64,000 nucleotides of DNA, taken from Eledone cirrhosa. Lineage: Eukaryota. Positions within the stretch are counted from its first letter, which is position 1; each line of letters opens with the position of its first letter. The stretch covers positions 35,042 through 99,041 of the forward strand of contig CAXHJY010000718.1 in the NCBI GenBank assembly GCA_964016885.1. The letters are read 5' to 3'. The notes under the pieces were generated by a model, which ran no database searches, was not told the DNA's origin, and saw nothing but the letters and a program-made list of their open reading frames with translations. Below, piece after piece: positions 1-15,183 of this stretch. The position numbers and the translations under genes are program-made.

Positions 1-559
1 GTTTGAATTCAATTACTATATAACGTTAGGTGATTAAGAAAAAACAACAACAGATTGGAATGGACCTCAGTCGGTTTCGACGATGAGTGCTCCAGTTGTT
101 CGAAAAATCGGAACAGCCTGCACATGGAATTATCATTCTTTATATTTATTATGCCTACATATTTGCATATTATTATGCCTACATATTTGCATATTATTAT
201 TGTTTCTACTTTTGGCACAAAGCCAGAAATTATCCAATGCATTACTGGTACTTTATTTTATCGACCATTGAATGGCAGGGGCCGTAACTCTATGCGTCAA
301 AGCATGGCGTCCGACCCTCTACCGATAATGCTAATACATATAATATCAAACGATTATTTGTAATATCTCTTTACCGAGTGTCAGTTGTCAAATTATAGCA
401 TGGACTTCTGATGAGAGTTTGGTTTGTCTTAATGATGTCATTTATATGGTATTTCACACTATTTCTCTCACTCCCTGAAACAGCTCTATAGAAATTGTCG
501 GAATTTACTATCTTTATATAATTCCATTTACATGGTAACCAATTTCTTTTGTCAATATG

Positions 560-1123
<564 letters not shown>

Positions 1124-1459
1124 TTGCGTAGGTGTGTATATAAAATAATATACGTTGTCTACGGTTGGTGTGATATTTCCATTTACGTGAATGCATGTAT
1201 GAACATGAGAGGAGAAAAAGGGAAGAAAAAAAGGAAGGGAAAAAAACAACAACTAATCAATGTTTATCGGAATTTGCTATTTACATTCAATAAATAATTA
1301 ATGATATTTTATTGTTATCAATTTTCTAATAATCCAATAATACAAATATATATTCGGCAAATACTTATTTCTTTAGAAAAGCTGTTTGTTATGTTATATC
1401 ATTCTGTGCGAATATCTTGTCTACTAAATAATAATAATAATGGTTTTAATGATTATAAT

Positions 1460-1866
1460 GGTTTTTGATTTGGACACAAGGCCAGCAATTTGGGGGAGGG
1501 GAAAGTCGATTAAATCGACCCCAGTACGTTACTGGTACTTTATTTTATCGACCTCGTAAGGATGAAAGACAAAGTTAACCTTTGAACACAAAACGTAAAG
1601 GACCGTAACTCTGTATCGCAAAGTATGTTGTCCGACACTCTTCCGACACTGCCAATCCACAATGTAAAGGGTCGTAACTCTATGTCGCGAAGCAGAGTGT
1701 CCGACGCTCAACCAACACTGCCAATAATGGTTTCTTATATAGGCACAAGGCCAGCAATTTGGGGGGAAGGGAAAGTCGATTAAATCGACCCCAGTGCGTG
1801 ACTGGTACTTTATTTTATCGACCCCGTAAGGATGGAAGGCAAAGTTAACCTCGGCGGGATTTGAAC
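1460..1866 (-). mobile_element. Cluster of OK-like SINE copies
   Basis: ctggtactttattttatcgacc..ggatgaa.g.caaagttaacc repeated. Confidence 0.75.
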
Positions 1867-2614
1867 TAATAATAATACTAATAACTAAACCTGAATCTTT
1901 TAAGTGTTTCAGAAACTCTGTTTGCTTGAAACGACTAGGACATTACTGATCCCATGGATGACCACCATATCTATATTCAGTCCCCTAAGATCGTTATGTA
2001 GAAGGCCCTGCTTTCGAGACACCCTTAGGCCACGTGCAATTACACTGCCTATCTTGAGTGAGGCCATGTTCTATAATGATGATGAGGAAAATGAGAGAAA
2101 AGCCGCTTACCTCAATCATGTGTAAGAAGAGGGAGCGTAATAAAAATTTAGCCTTGAATAAATTCTTCTAATTAAATGCTGATAAATCTCCAATTTTAAT
2201 TCGGTAAATTATTACATTTTAACTAATGATATTTTGAAATGTGTTACATTTGCCACTTTTCACTTCGTTTGCCTTTTAGAATATACCTCAACATTTCCAG
2301 TTAACCTGTTTTAATACTATAGAAAAGAAACATTGATCCCTCTCAGCCACGAAATAATTAAAATAATTTATAATGTTTCAAATTAATTACTTTTAAATAT
2401 CGTGTGTGTGGCTGTTATAATAATTTCCATGCCATACTAATGTGAGAGGTTGAGAAAGAACCTGATAATTTCTTGTCCTTAATCGTTAAAACTCTAATTG
2501 GTATTCGTGGTCTTCAAACAAATATTTTAATTATATTTCATGAAATTGAAAAATGGTTTTCGAAAATGGTTTCCATCAAGAGCCTTAATTTTAATCTAAC
2601 ACGAACGTTTCTCT

Positions 2615-2850
2615 ATTATTCCATGAGACGGTGGATTGGCAGTAAAGGGCGGTGGATTGGCAGTATCAGTAGAGGGTTGGACGCCAGGCTTTGCCGCATA
2701 GAGTTACGGCCCTTTATGGTCTGAGTTCAAATCCCGCCGAGGTTAACTTTGCTTTTCATTATTACGGGATCGAGAAAATAAAGTACCAGTAATACACTGG
2801 GATAATTGCTGGCCTTGTGCTAAAAGTAGAAACAATTATTCCATGAGACG
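2615..2850 (+). mobile_element. tRNA-derived SINE (Octopus OK-like) with 16-bp TSD
   Basis: A-box-like tggcagtatc, B box gttcaaatcc, TSD attattccatgagacg at 2615-2630 and 2835-2850. Confidence 0.8.
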
Positions 2851-3104
2851 TAACATTTAAGCGTAGGGGCAGAGGAGTGGAGTCCTAGGCTGTGGGCTGG
2901 TCCGTCTCTCTCCAGGTTTCAGTGTAGCCAAATCCTTTCAGACAAACGTTAGAGAGAAAGAGATATAGAAGAATCCTCCCACTTCGGAAATGGTATCTCA
3001 TCGACGTTGAAAGGATGAAAGACAAAATTCACTTCCGAGAGTCGGAACGAATACCGGTCATTCATACATACATACATACATACATACATACATACATACA
3101 TACA

Positions 3105-3133
<29 letters not shown>

Positions 3134-3135
<2 letters not shown>

Positions 3136-3460
3136 GATATGGGACAGGAAGAAGAAAGCATGCACAGTAGTGGAAATTAGCTGCCCAGCAGATGCCAATA
3201 TAATATCAAAGATTAGTGAAAAGGAGAATATTTATGCAGAACTGATGAGAAATCTGCAGATACTGCACCCTGATTACACCTTCAGATTTATGCCTGTTAT
3301 TATTGGGGCACTGGGGTATGTTAGTAACTGCCTCAATACAAATCTTGAGAAGCTAGGCTTCACAGGGACAGAAAGAACACAACTAGTTAGGAAATTACAA
3401 GTACAATCCATTAATGGAACAGTAAAAATATGTAAAATATTCCAAAACTGTTGCATCTAA
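3134..3460 (+). pseudogene. 3' fragment of R4/Dong-like non-LTR retrotransposon, restriction-like endonuclease domain
   Basis: [27 protein letters not shown]...PVIIGALG matches the REL endonuclease C-terminus. Truncated at a (CATA)n tract. Confidence 0.8.
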
Positions 3461-4951
3461 TAACTACATATACACATGTACAGATGCAAAGCATATACAC
3501 ATTCACACACACAACTCAAAACATCCACATCCACACATACAATAAAATCCATATCTACACATGCATGCATACATACCTACCTAGTTGATGTTGTGTAAAT
3601 TCCAATGAGAGAGTCTTGTAACTATGTTAGAAACCGACTCTCTCTCTATTGGTAAAAATTTGTGAAATTATAAAACCAGAAGAACATACATTCATACATG
3701 CATACATATATGCATACATACATATATGTCTTGGGTAATGATCGAAGAAATACGTTCGTGAATTCAAACAGTGGAAATGAGGTTCCTCTGAAGTGTCTTT
3801 GGGGTAACATTACACGATAAAGTGCATGCCTTGATAATCTGATTGTTGCTTCAGGTAGAGACACTACTTTTCCAATTTGAGAGAAAGGTATTTGTCACTT
3901 CTTATCAGTTTTATTCTAGATCCATAGAACTCTTTTCCTATTTTTATTTATTTAATTTTTTTATGTTCGATAACTCCTGATCTTGAAATGTTCTGTCCGA
4001 AGGACTTGTCAGTAAATTTAATGAGATTTTCACTGTAAAATAATTAAACAATTCCACGATGATATTTTAAGGGTATGACCATCAATATTCCCCCAAGAGA
4101 AGAAATATCTAAAGATATTCCTTATCACAGCCTGTACTTTACATTGAAAGAAATCTTAGAAACACTTTAAGAAATAAAGTGTGTTAAAATATTTTTAAAT
4201 CAACTTCAGTTTGTACTATACATTCCAGTAGAATAAAATAGACTTCCGTCGGTTTCGATGATGGATGCTCCAGTTGTTCGATCAATGGAACAGTCTTCTC
4301 ATGAAATTAACGTAGGTGGCTGAGCATTCTACAAATACGTATACTCTTCAGGTAATTTTCAAGAGATTTCAGCGTTGTACAGTATGTGACAATGTTTGAC
4401 CATTGAATTAGAGACAAGGTCTATTGGACAGGCTTCCAAACAGTTTCTGTCTACCAAGTTTCACTATTAAGGCACGGGCCCATCGCTTGGGGATCCAGCC
4501 GGATCAGTTGGAGTCGTTTGCTTCTGACAGTACCTGCTGGAAGAAGAAGAAGAAGAAGAAGAAGAAGAAGAAGAAGACGACGACACCAACACCAACACCA
4601 ACACCAACACCAACACCAACACCAAAATAACAACGACAACGGAATAGGAGGCAAACCTTTAAGTGAAACATTTCGAAAGGTGTCTACATAAATGTTTTAA
4701 ATAAATGTGAATAGAAATTTCTCATTTATTTCTGTTTAAGCTACAAAAATTGCTAATTACCTTTCAATTATATGGTTTTTGATTTGTCTGGCCTGAAGTA
4801 ACGTTAAAATTATCGATTAAATAATTTCCGGAGTTGTTTCCTTTTAAATTATCTCTCTTCCATATGTTTGAAATAGATCAACATAATGGGTGTAATTTCT
4901 TCAGTTTGGCACTTGGAGGTTCCTCTTCAAGACGCATTATATGTATATATT

Positions 4952-4990
<39 letters not shown>

Positions 4991-5080
4991 ATATTATATG
5001 TATATATATTTATATATATATATTTATATATATATATTTATATATATATATTTATATATATATATATATTTATATATATT

Positions 5081-5111
<31 letters not shown>

Positions 5112-5144
5112 ATTTATATATATATATATTTATATATATATATT

Positions 5145-5175
<31 letters not shown>

Positions 5176-5244
5176 ATTTATATATATATATATTTATATA
5201 TATATATATATATATATACATCTTTCTCTATCAATTTCTAATAA

Positions 5245-5337
<93 letters not shown>

Positions 5338-6718
5338 TAATGAATAAACTGTGAACAAAAAACAGAGAGGCAGTACAAATGATATTATATATTAGTTTCA
5401 CGCTTGAGAGCGGGGTGTTATATATATATATATTAGAAATTGATAGAGAAAGATGTAGAATAAGTTATGGTTAAAGGGGTAGTTAGAAATATAGATAGAG
5501 AGATAGAGAAAAGGGAGATAGAGAGAGAGAGAGAGGGGGTGATAATTAATGGTTGCTTAGATGGATGTAATGAAGCCTCTTAATGGTTTCTCGAGCGACA
5601 TGCTAGAAACAGCAACGAAATCTTGTGAGTTGGAGACTCGTGTAAAGGATTCTTTATATAAACTGTTTCTGAATGATAATTGTTTCTACTTTTGGCACAA
5701 GGCCAGCAATTATCCCATAGCATTACTGGTACTTCTTAATGATAATAATGCTTTAACAGAAAACCGAATGCTGATGACATTGTCTGAAGGAATAAAGATT
5801 GGTGGTCACACTGGCTAATGTGGTTCTAGACAGACTACTATTATTAAATGACAGAATGGTTATTGCTGTCATAAAGGTGGAGGATGAAAGTGTTTGACTT
5901 ACGATCATAATGTGGTCGGTTCGATTCCTGGACTGGGTTGTGTGTTGTATTCTTGAGCAAGATATATCATTTCTCGTTGCTCCAGTATACTCAGCTGGGA
6001 GTGAGTACCAGCAAAAACTAAGGGTTTAAGTCTGCCATGGACTGACGTCCTGTCTAGGGGCAATTCTTGTATTCTCAGTCGTTTCACGCCACGGAAACCG
6101 GGATAAGCTCCAGCCTGCTGAGCTCCGGGCTGGAGATAGACTTTAGACATTTATTATGTCACTTCGGATAAGGTAGCTACACAATAACCGCTAGTGTTTT
6201 CAGATTAGAAGCTTAATTAATTTTTGAATGAATGAATCTTTTCAGTTCATTATATAACTACTCCATTTAGAATTTGGAAGATTATGAAATCCATTAAGCA
6301 AATTGTTTTGATTGGTATCAGACTAAGTAGGTTGCTATATGTTACTAGACATTTCCTGGATTTAACAATATTAAAATATAAATTTATATCACTAATCGTC
6401 TGCGTGTGACGTGGGCAGAAGGTATATTTAGATAAAGTAGGTTGTATGGCTGGGAAATGGCGTCCACTGCCAAACCTAGCAAACCTATTGGACAGGATAA
6501 AATATGTAAAACTATACAGAGATTCTATAAACTGATTTCAAATGTCAGTCATTCCACTCTCATCAGCTTATGGAATGCATTTGTAAGTTGTGATATTTCA
6601 TTTTATATCATGTTTCGTCCATTAACTTCTGTGTATCGTGTGATTGAATATCTTCGTAGTAAATGTCACCATTGATAGTTTACAGTTCATTGACTGTAAG
6701 GTGCGTATATATATATAT

Positions 6719-6828
6719 GTGCTCTGCCGTCGGGGTCATACTTTTTTCCTATTACCCACTCGACTACCCTAAGTATTGAGTACTCTGGTGCGTTATGGTC
6801 CATCTGGTTCCTTACTACACCTCCTTCG

Positions 6829-6831
<3 letters not shown>
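6719..6831 (+). mobile_element. Family A PLE-like end fragment in (TA)n
   Basis: gccgtcggggtc...ccttcgtta(TA)n, shared with about 10 other loci. Confidence 0.7.
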
Positions 6832-6899
<68 letters not shown>

Positions 6900-6911
6900 C
6901 ATATATATAGG

Positions 6912-7009
<98 letters not shown>

Positions 7010-7072
7010 TCACACACATATATATATACATATATATGTATATATATATATACATATATATATGTATGTAAG

Positions 7073-7118
<46 letters not shown>

Positions 7119-7174
7119 TATGTATGTAAGTATGTATATATATATATATATATATACATATATATGTATGTAAG

Positions 7175-7214
<40 letters not shown>

Positions 7215-7252
7215 TATGTATATATATATATACATATATATATGTATGTAAG

Positions 7253-7332
<80 letters not shown>

Positions 7333-7392
7333 TATGTATATGTATGTGAGTATGTATATATATATATACATATATATGTATATGTATGTGAG

Positions 7393-7432
<40 letters not shown>

Positions 7433-7462
7433 CGTATATATATATATATATACATATATATA

Positions 7463-8035
7463 CGTCAGGTCACCAGTTGGTGCTACTGGTAACATGTATC
7501 CCAGTACAACCTGTCTCATGGTCGGGTCGTTGGCGACGAAACTGGCAACCCCACCAAGGTTTCTTGGTGAGGAGGGTGACTTTGGACATCCTGCAGGACT
7601 AAAAACAAAACCTGTCAAAGGGCGAAGGAGCTCTTAAGAGTCAATGGCCATCCAAAATCACTGGGAGAGATGACCCCTTAGCCTTTGTCAAGGCAGAATT
7701 CTAGGAGAAGGAAAACTCTGATATAACACCTGCAACCCTGATGGTATCCAACGATGTTGACTTGTTCTTCTTTTTGGTAAATATCATCTTGGTTAAGAGA
7801 GTGGGGCTGGCTTTGTAAATTGCTTTATATTTGGAGATCTCTCTGCACATGTCGTCACATGGTGCCATGGGCTCAGCACTATTTGTCAATAATTGTCACA
7901 AATGTAGTGTGTGTACCAAAGTTTTCAAGTCGCTGGCTGGACTGGAAAGTCACACTCGTTCAGCGCATCGGTAGGGGTTCTCCTACATGGATATAAAGTA
8001 GTGGCCGTACTCGAAAACGAGTTGGCAGCCACCAT
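7463..8035 (+). mobile_element. Non-autonomous bipartite RTE derivative (~570-610 bp)
   Basis: RTE-like 5' motif tctaggagaaggaaaactctga, zinc-finger remnant, (TATG)n tail. Five copies in the window. Confidence 0.75.
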
Positions 8036-8076
8036 GTATGTATGTATGTATGTATGTATGTATGTATGTATGTATG

Positions 8077-8160
<84 letters not shown>

Positions 8161-8162
8161 CA

Positions 8163-8208
<46 letters not shown>

Positions 8209-8301
8209 CGTACATACATACTTACATATATATATATATCTATATATTTACATACATATATATATATATATATACTTACATATATATATATATATATATA
8301 T

Positions 8302-8364
<63 letters not shown>

Positions 8365-8439
8365 CATATATATATATATATTATATATACATATATATAT
8401 ATATATATATTATATATACATATATATATATATATATAT

Positions 8440-8481
<42 letters not shown>

Positions 8482-8783
8482 GGTATGAATCGAAGTTGTA
8501 GATGCCATATAACAGATACTAATCGATATATATACATCCATATATATATATTGCGTAACTTTAGCCATTACCCAAACTAAATAATCCCAATATTCTTAAC
8601 GTGAAAACTAAGAACAGTTTTATAAGTAATGAAAAGATTACTGAAAAGAAATAGTCAGAACATAAAATATGTCAGAAATAAAAATAGCAACGCAACGTCA
8701 TTAAAACAAAATGTCTGCGATAAAATACATTTCCATACGTCGTATATATATATATACATATATACATATATATATATATATAC

Positions 8784-8856
<73 letters not shown>

Positions 8857-8910
8857 TATATGTATATATATATATATATATACATATATAAATATATATA
8901 TATATATATA

Positions 8911-9090
8911 AATAGGAACCAGTAAGACCCCCGCAGCTGAGCTCAAGCCGTTTCGACGGCTAATTCTGGAATCGGCTTGAGCTCAGCTGCCGGGGTCTTA
9001 CTGGTTCCTATTACCCACTCTACTACCCCAAGTATTGAGTACTTTGGTGCGTTATGGTCCACCTGGTTCCTTACCACATTTCCTTCGTTA
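8911..9090 (+). mobile_element. Family A fold-back palindrome (8911-9012) plus 3' tail
   Basis: Inverted arms, (TA)n on both sides. Confidence 0.75.
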
Positions 9091-9137
9091 TATATATAAA
9101 TATGTATATATATATATTATATATATTATATATATAA

Positions 9138-9338
<201 letters not shown>

Positions 9339-9376
9339 TATATAAATATATATATATATGTATGTATATATATACA

Positions 9377-9433
<57 letters not shown>

Positions 9434-9435
9434 TA

Positions 9436-9479
<44 letters not shown>

Positions 9480-9481
9480 TA

Positions 9482-9512
<31 letters not shown>

Positions 9513-9565
9513 GCATATATATATATGCATATATATATATATATATGCATATATATATATATATA

Positions 9566-9615
<50 letters not shown>

Positions 9616-9644
9616 TATATATATATGCATATATATATATATAC

Positions 9645-9697
<53 letters not shown>

Positions 9698-9728
9698 CAT
9701 ATACATATATATATATATATATACATAC

Positions 9729-9771
<43 letters not shown>

Positions 9772-9773
<2 letters not shown>

Positions 9774-9963
9774 AAAGAAATCAATACAATGATTTTAAAA
9801 CCGTTAAAACATGTTTATATAACAGTGCACCTACGTACGTTTTGCCCGGAATGGCCTTATCAATGCCCTTAATAAGCCCATTCCGGGCGAAACGTACGTA
9901 GGTGCACTATTATATAAACATGTTTTAACGGTTTTAAACACCTTGTATTGATTTCTTGTATAA
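9772..9963. repeat. ~190-bp palindrome with hammerhead 3' half GAAACGTACGTA
   Basis: Arms aagaaatcaataca...ccggaatgg / ccattccgggcGAAACGTACGTA...tgtattgatttctt. Confidence 0.8.
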
Positions 9964-10135
9964 TCGCTCTGCTTATTTTTTCTCGCCCACTAAATATTGA
10001 CGCTTCAAATATTTAACCCTGTAGGCTCGAGTATTGAGCACACATGCATAAACTATTGGCAACTAAATATATGTATCGCCTATCTTTCCTTTTTTTCTCT
10101 CTCTCGATACTTAAACATTCTATATATATATATAT

Positions 10136-10222
<87 letters not shown>

Positions 10223-10934
10223 CCAGTGACCATTCTCAACACAAAAGCAATGCTAAAAGCTTTTTCCCCTGAATAAAGGAATTTTTCGAGAATGACCGGG
10301 GCAGGCCGCACTTGCTACATTTCTCCCCACCCAACCCTACTCACCGTCTCAACTCATTACTGCTATGAACACTTTTTCAACACACCTACACCCATGCACT
10401 TATTAAAGGGGGAGAAAAGAAACCCCCACCACACGACAGACATGTCAAATCCCTATATATAGAACAACGCACCACATACACATCAGTTTGACAAGCGCAC
10501 CTCAGCGTGAAAGGTCTTTCTAAAAACGAAACAATACCTCCTACGTTAACCAAGAACTCCTAAGACCTAACCAACAACCAACAACTTAATTTATAAAATA
10601 ATTTTTTTTAAGAAAAATTCTTTTTGGATTTTGTGAAGAAAATAAATTTGTTGAAAGCACAAGTGAAGCCATTTTTTCTTCCCCCCTGTCTTAATATACC
10701 TAACTGTACCAAGGATTACACACATTTTCCAATATATATATATACACATATATATATACATATATGTGTATGTATGTATGTATGTTAAAAGTAAACATAA
10801 ATAACAACACAATCGGTACAGTATATGGAAGGAATGTATATATATACATATATATACATATATGTATGTGTATGTGTGTGTGTGTTAAAAGTAAACAGAA
10901 ATAACAACACAATCAATACAGTATACGGAAGGAA

Positions 10935-10993
<59 letters not shown>

Positions 10994-11262
10994 CGTTTAA
11001 TATGGTGGCTGAAAAATATAAAAAAAAAGTTAGGGCAATATGTTTGCATGTAGCAAGCAATATTATTACTCTTGATAAACAAAATGTCAAAAAAGTAAAA
11101 ACATAAACAGTTAATAAAGGTTTAGAATCTTCTCGAAGGCGTCAATAAAGATTGATAACCCACAAAGGAAAGATTTTGAAGATATAACTAAATAACTCAA
11201 GCCACGCATAAGCTGTAGGACTTCCTTCGGGTTAGTTATGTTTTCAAGGAATGGAAATAGCA

Positions 11263-11609
11263 TTATGATACCGGTGGATTGGCAGTATCGGTAAAGCGTC
11301 GGACGCCATGCTTTGTAGTATAGAGTTTCGGCCCTTTATGATCTGAGTTCAAATCCCGCCGAGGTTAACTTTGCCTTTCATCCTTACGGGGTCGATAAAA
11401 TAAAGAACCAGTAATATACTGGGCTTGTGCCAAAAGTAGAAACAATTGCCATGCTTTGTAGTATAGAGTTACGGCCCTTTATGATCTGAGTTCAAATCCC
11501 GCCGAAGTTAACTTTGCCTTTCATCCTTACGGGGTCGATAAAATAAAGTACCAGTAATATACTGGGCTAATTACTGGCCTTGTGCCATTAGTAGAAACAA
11601 TTATGATAC
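11263..11609 (+). mobile_element. Dimeric OK-like SINE with TSD attatgatac
   Basis: Two tandem bodies between 10-bp direct repeats. Confidence 0.75.
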
Positions 11610-11782
11610 GTGTAATAGAAAACTCCACTCTAGTGCTTCTCTATACAGATTATAGTCGATGAATTGGTAGAGATTGGTAGTGCTGTTGGACCGTCGGATT
11701 AAATGTTTCGCAGTCTTATTCATCCCGCATTTTGAGCTCTGAGTTCAAATCTCGTGCATGTGGTAAAATCTCGTAGATATAA

Positions 11783-11954
11783 ACAAATCCCGTGGATCTG
11801 ACCAAATCCCGTTGATATGATCAAATCCCGTAGTTATAGACAAATCCCGTGGATATGGTCAAATCCCGTATATATATAGTAGTCAAATCACGTTGATATG
11901 ATCAAATCACGTTGATATATATGATATGATCAAATCCCGTGGATATGATCAAAT
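11783..11954. repeat. ~19-bp degenerate tandem repeat caaatcccgtggatatgat
   Basis: About 8 copies directly after a SINE head. Confidence 0.8.
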
Positions 11955-12159
11955 ATTGTGGGTATGGAGGGGGATGATGGGTGGAGGAAGAGAGAGAGGA
12001 AATAAAGAGGTGGACGAGAAGGAAGGAGGAGGAGGTGGAGATGGTGATGTGAGTAGGGGTAAGAGGGGAGTGGGGGTAAGAGGGGGAGGAGAATGATGAT
12101 GATGATGATGAGGAGGAGGAGGATGTGGTGGAGGAGGATAAACTGAAACGGAAAAATAT

Positions 12160-12358
12160 TGGTTTCTTATATAGGCACAAGGCCGGGGATTTGGGGGGAG
12201 GGGAAAGTCGATTAAATCGACCCCAGTGCGTGACTGGTACTTTATTTTATCGACCCCGTGAGGATGAAAAGCAAAGTTTACCTCGGCGGGATTTGAACTC
12301 ACATTATAAAGGGCCGCAACTCTTTGCTGCAAAGCATGGCGTCCGACTCTCTACCGCC
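12160..12358 (-). mobile_element. OK-like SINE
   Basis: Family homology. Flanking direct repeat ctgaaacggaaaaatatt. Confidence 0.75.
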
Positions 12359-13340
12359 CTGCTGAAACGGAAAAATATTAAAGTACTATTCCTTCAGATA
12401 AATGCAATTTCTGCCAACAACCAATAATTCAAACGGGAAGGTAATTATCCGATGAAATCCACTATTTTCGACATTAAGCTAATCATCAAATACACCGAAG
12501 TAATTATAATCAGATTACATCTAATTACTCTCCCATAATTGAAAATGTTTAACCGATTGATTTAGAGTTTAAATTATGATTAATTAGTTATTTATACTTT
12601 GGGATCTAAAAATATTCACATTAACGTGTTTATATATATATATATAGAGAGAGAGAGAGATCTGTGTGTGTCTGTCTGTCTGTAAGTAGGTGTGTGTGTG
12701 TCTGTGTTTGTGTGTGTGACTGTGTGTGTGCGTGTGTGTGTGTTTGTGTGTCTGTGTGTGTGTGTGTGTGTGTGTGTTTGTGTGTCTGTGTCTGTGTTTG
12801 TGTGTCTGTGTCTGTGTGAATGTGTGTGTGTGTGTGTGAATGTGTGTGTGTGTGTGTGCGTGTGTGTGTGTTTGTGTGTCTGTGTCTGTGTTTGTGTGTC
12901 TGTGTCTGTGTGAATGTGTGTGTGTGTGTGTGTGTGTATGATAAATGACAATTGCTCAAAATGCCACAGTACGAAAGGGAACTTCTTAACCATTCGACCA
13001 TACTGCGTCCTATGACGTTCCAAGACATTGGCTACATAACACATAGAAGAAGAAGAAGAAGAAGAAGAAGAAGAAGAAGAAGAAGAAGAAGAAGAAACTA
13101 TCTTTAATGGTCGTAAAACAGTCAACTTTATTGATTATTAAGATATAAATCAATAAAAACGATAGACACATAGATGTTGCCCATCATTTAAGTTATGGCG
13201 AAGATGCAGCACGTACGAGTGTTTTTTTTGTTTTTTTGTTATAGGTTTAACCCTAGATAAGACATATTTCTGCGCCGTATCAATTTACACAATATACGTT
13301 CCCCATCTAGATTACTTCACAACATTCCTACATTAATACC

Positions 13341-13525
13341 TGTTTCTACTTTTGACACAAGGCCAGCAATTATCGCAGTGTATTACTGGTACTTTATTTT
13401 ATCGACCCCGTAAGGATGAAAGGCAAAGTTAACCTCGACGGGATTTGAACTCAGACCGTAAAGGGGCGTAACTCTATGCTGCAAAGCATGGCGTCCGACC
13501 CTCTACCGATACTGCCAATCCATCG
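13341..13525 (-). mobile_element. OK-like SINE
   Basis: Family homology. Confidence 0.8.
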
Positions 13526-14385
13526 ACCAATGCTTACAGTAATAATATTCAATGTTTATAACTCAGACATTATAAAAAGAAAAGAGCATCGACCGAAAAC
13601 AAACAACCGATACTGAGTTATAATCATTATCAAAAATGTTGTTCAATCCTCAAGAGACAGCTTGATATTCGCTTGGCATATCACCAGAAAATCATCTGCT
13701 TTCTGCCTAACTATGAGATGCATTAAACGGGAAAATGTCTTAATAATTGAGTAAATAAATAGATGGACGAAAACTAGTTATCTATAGGTAGCAGACATGT
13801 CAGTTGTATTTGGCGGTGCCAGAAATGTTTATAATCTTTGACGGTAGCTAGCTTTGGTTTTCGATATATACTTTATGTTTTCAGTGTTACACTGCATCTG
13901 TGTAATAAGTTATTTTTATTTTTATGTGTACAGACATTCATGCATTTCACACAACTGTTGCACACACATACACATATATGTATACATATATATATACACT
14001 CACGCACACACACATACACACACATACACACACACACACATATATATACTGTATATATCAAGAATACAGGAAAGAAACAAACAAGAGGATGCACTAACAT
14101 AAAGCCATAAAGTTTTATTACTTTCACGCTTAAACGAGAGTTAAACATATATATATATATATATGTGTGTGTGTATGTATGTATATATGTATATATATAC
14201 ATATACATATATATATATACATATAAATATACACATATATATACACATATATACACATATATACATATATATACACATATTTACATATATACATATATAT
14301 ATACATATATACACATATATATACATATATACACATATATATACATATATACACATATATATACATATATATATATACATATATA

Positions 14386-14500
14386 TATGAAAAGATTCAG
14401 GACCCCGACGGCTGAGCTCCAGCCGTTTCGACAGCTAGATCCGGATCTAGCTGTCGAAGTGGCCGGAGCTCAGCCGTCGGGGTCCTGAATCTTTTCATAT
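14386..14500. mobile_element. Family A variant palindrome
   Basis: gaaaagattcaggacccc...gatccggatc...ggggtcctgaatcttttc. Confidence 0.75.
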
Positions 14501-14857
14501 ATATAGAGAGCGAAGGGGAGGGGGATATATATATATATATATATATGTAGATAAATCTACCAAGAGTTTACGGTAGTGTCCAATCCGTATGAAGAACTCA
14601 ATGTATTCCGGATATCATGGAAAGAAGAGATGTAATGAAAAATCACAGACGGCGTATATGTGTGTTTGGTATGTATATTTAATCTTGATAGTTTGTATAA
14701 TTTTGTATAATTTTGTACATAGATCTGTTGAATATGCATGCCAATTCTAACACATATATATCCTAGAAACGATCGTTAAATAATGAACTTTTTTTTTTTT
14801 TTTTTTTTTTTGTTTAATATAAGGAACTGTTTCATTGTTTTATTCATTATTTGTTTA

Positions 14858-14963
<106 letters not shown>

Positions 14964-15183
14964 CAATCCTAGTAGTGAATTTCAGTATTTAGTTACATCC
15001 CTTTACGTTCTGAGTTCAAATCCCACCGAGGTTAACGTTGCCTTTCATCCTTACAGGGTCGATAAAATAATGTACCAGTAATGCACTGGTGTCAATTTAA
15101 TCGACTTTCCCCCTTCCTATTGACCGCGAAATGCTGTGGACAAATTTGAAAGTGTAATGAGCCGGAACAAATGTGGAAGAGGT

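Noticed and set aside
7463-7620. HDV-like ribozyme at the 5' end of the RTE derivative
   Set aside because: Could not trace the nested double pseudoknot by eye
14386-14500. Pre-miRNA or Tc1/mariner MITE interpretation of the palindromes
   Set aside because: Arms are of unequal length, the axis differs between copies, one arm continues into a shared tail, and hammerhead halves are present. TA flanks are microsatellite rather than a demonstrable TSD. Not fully excluded.
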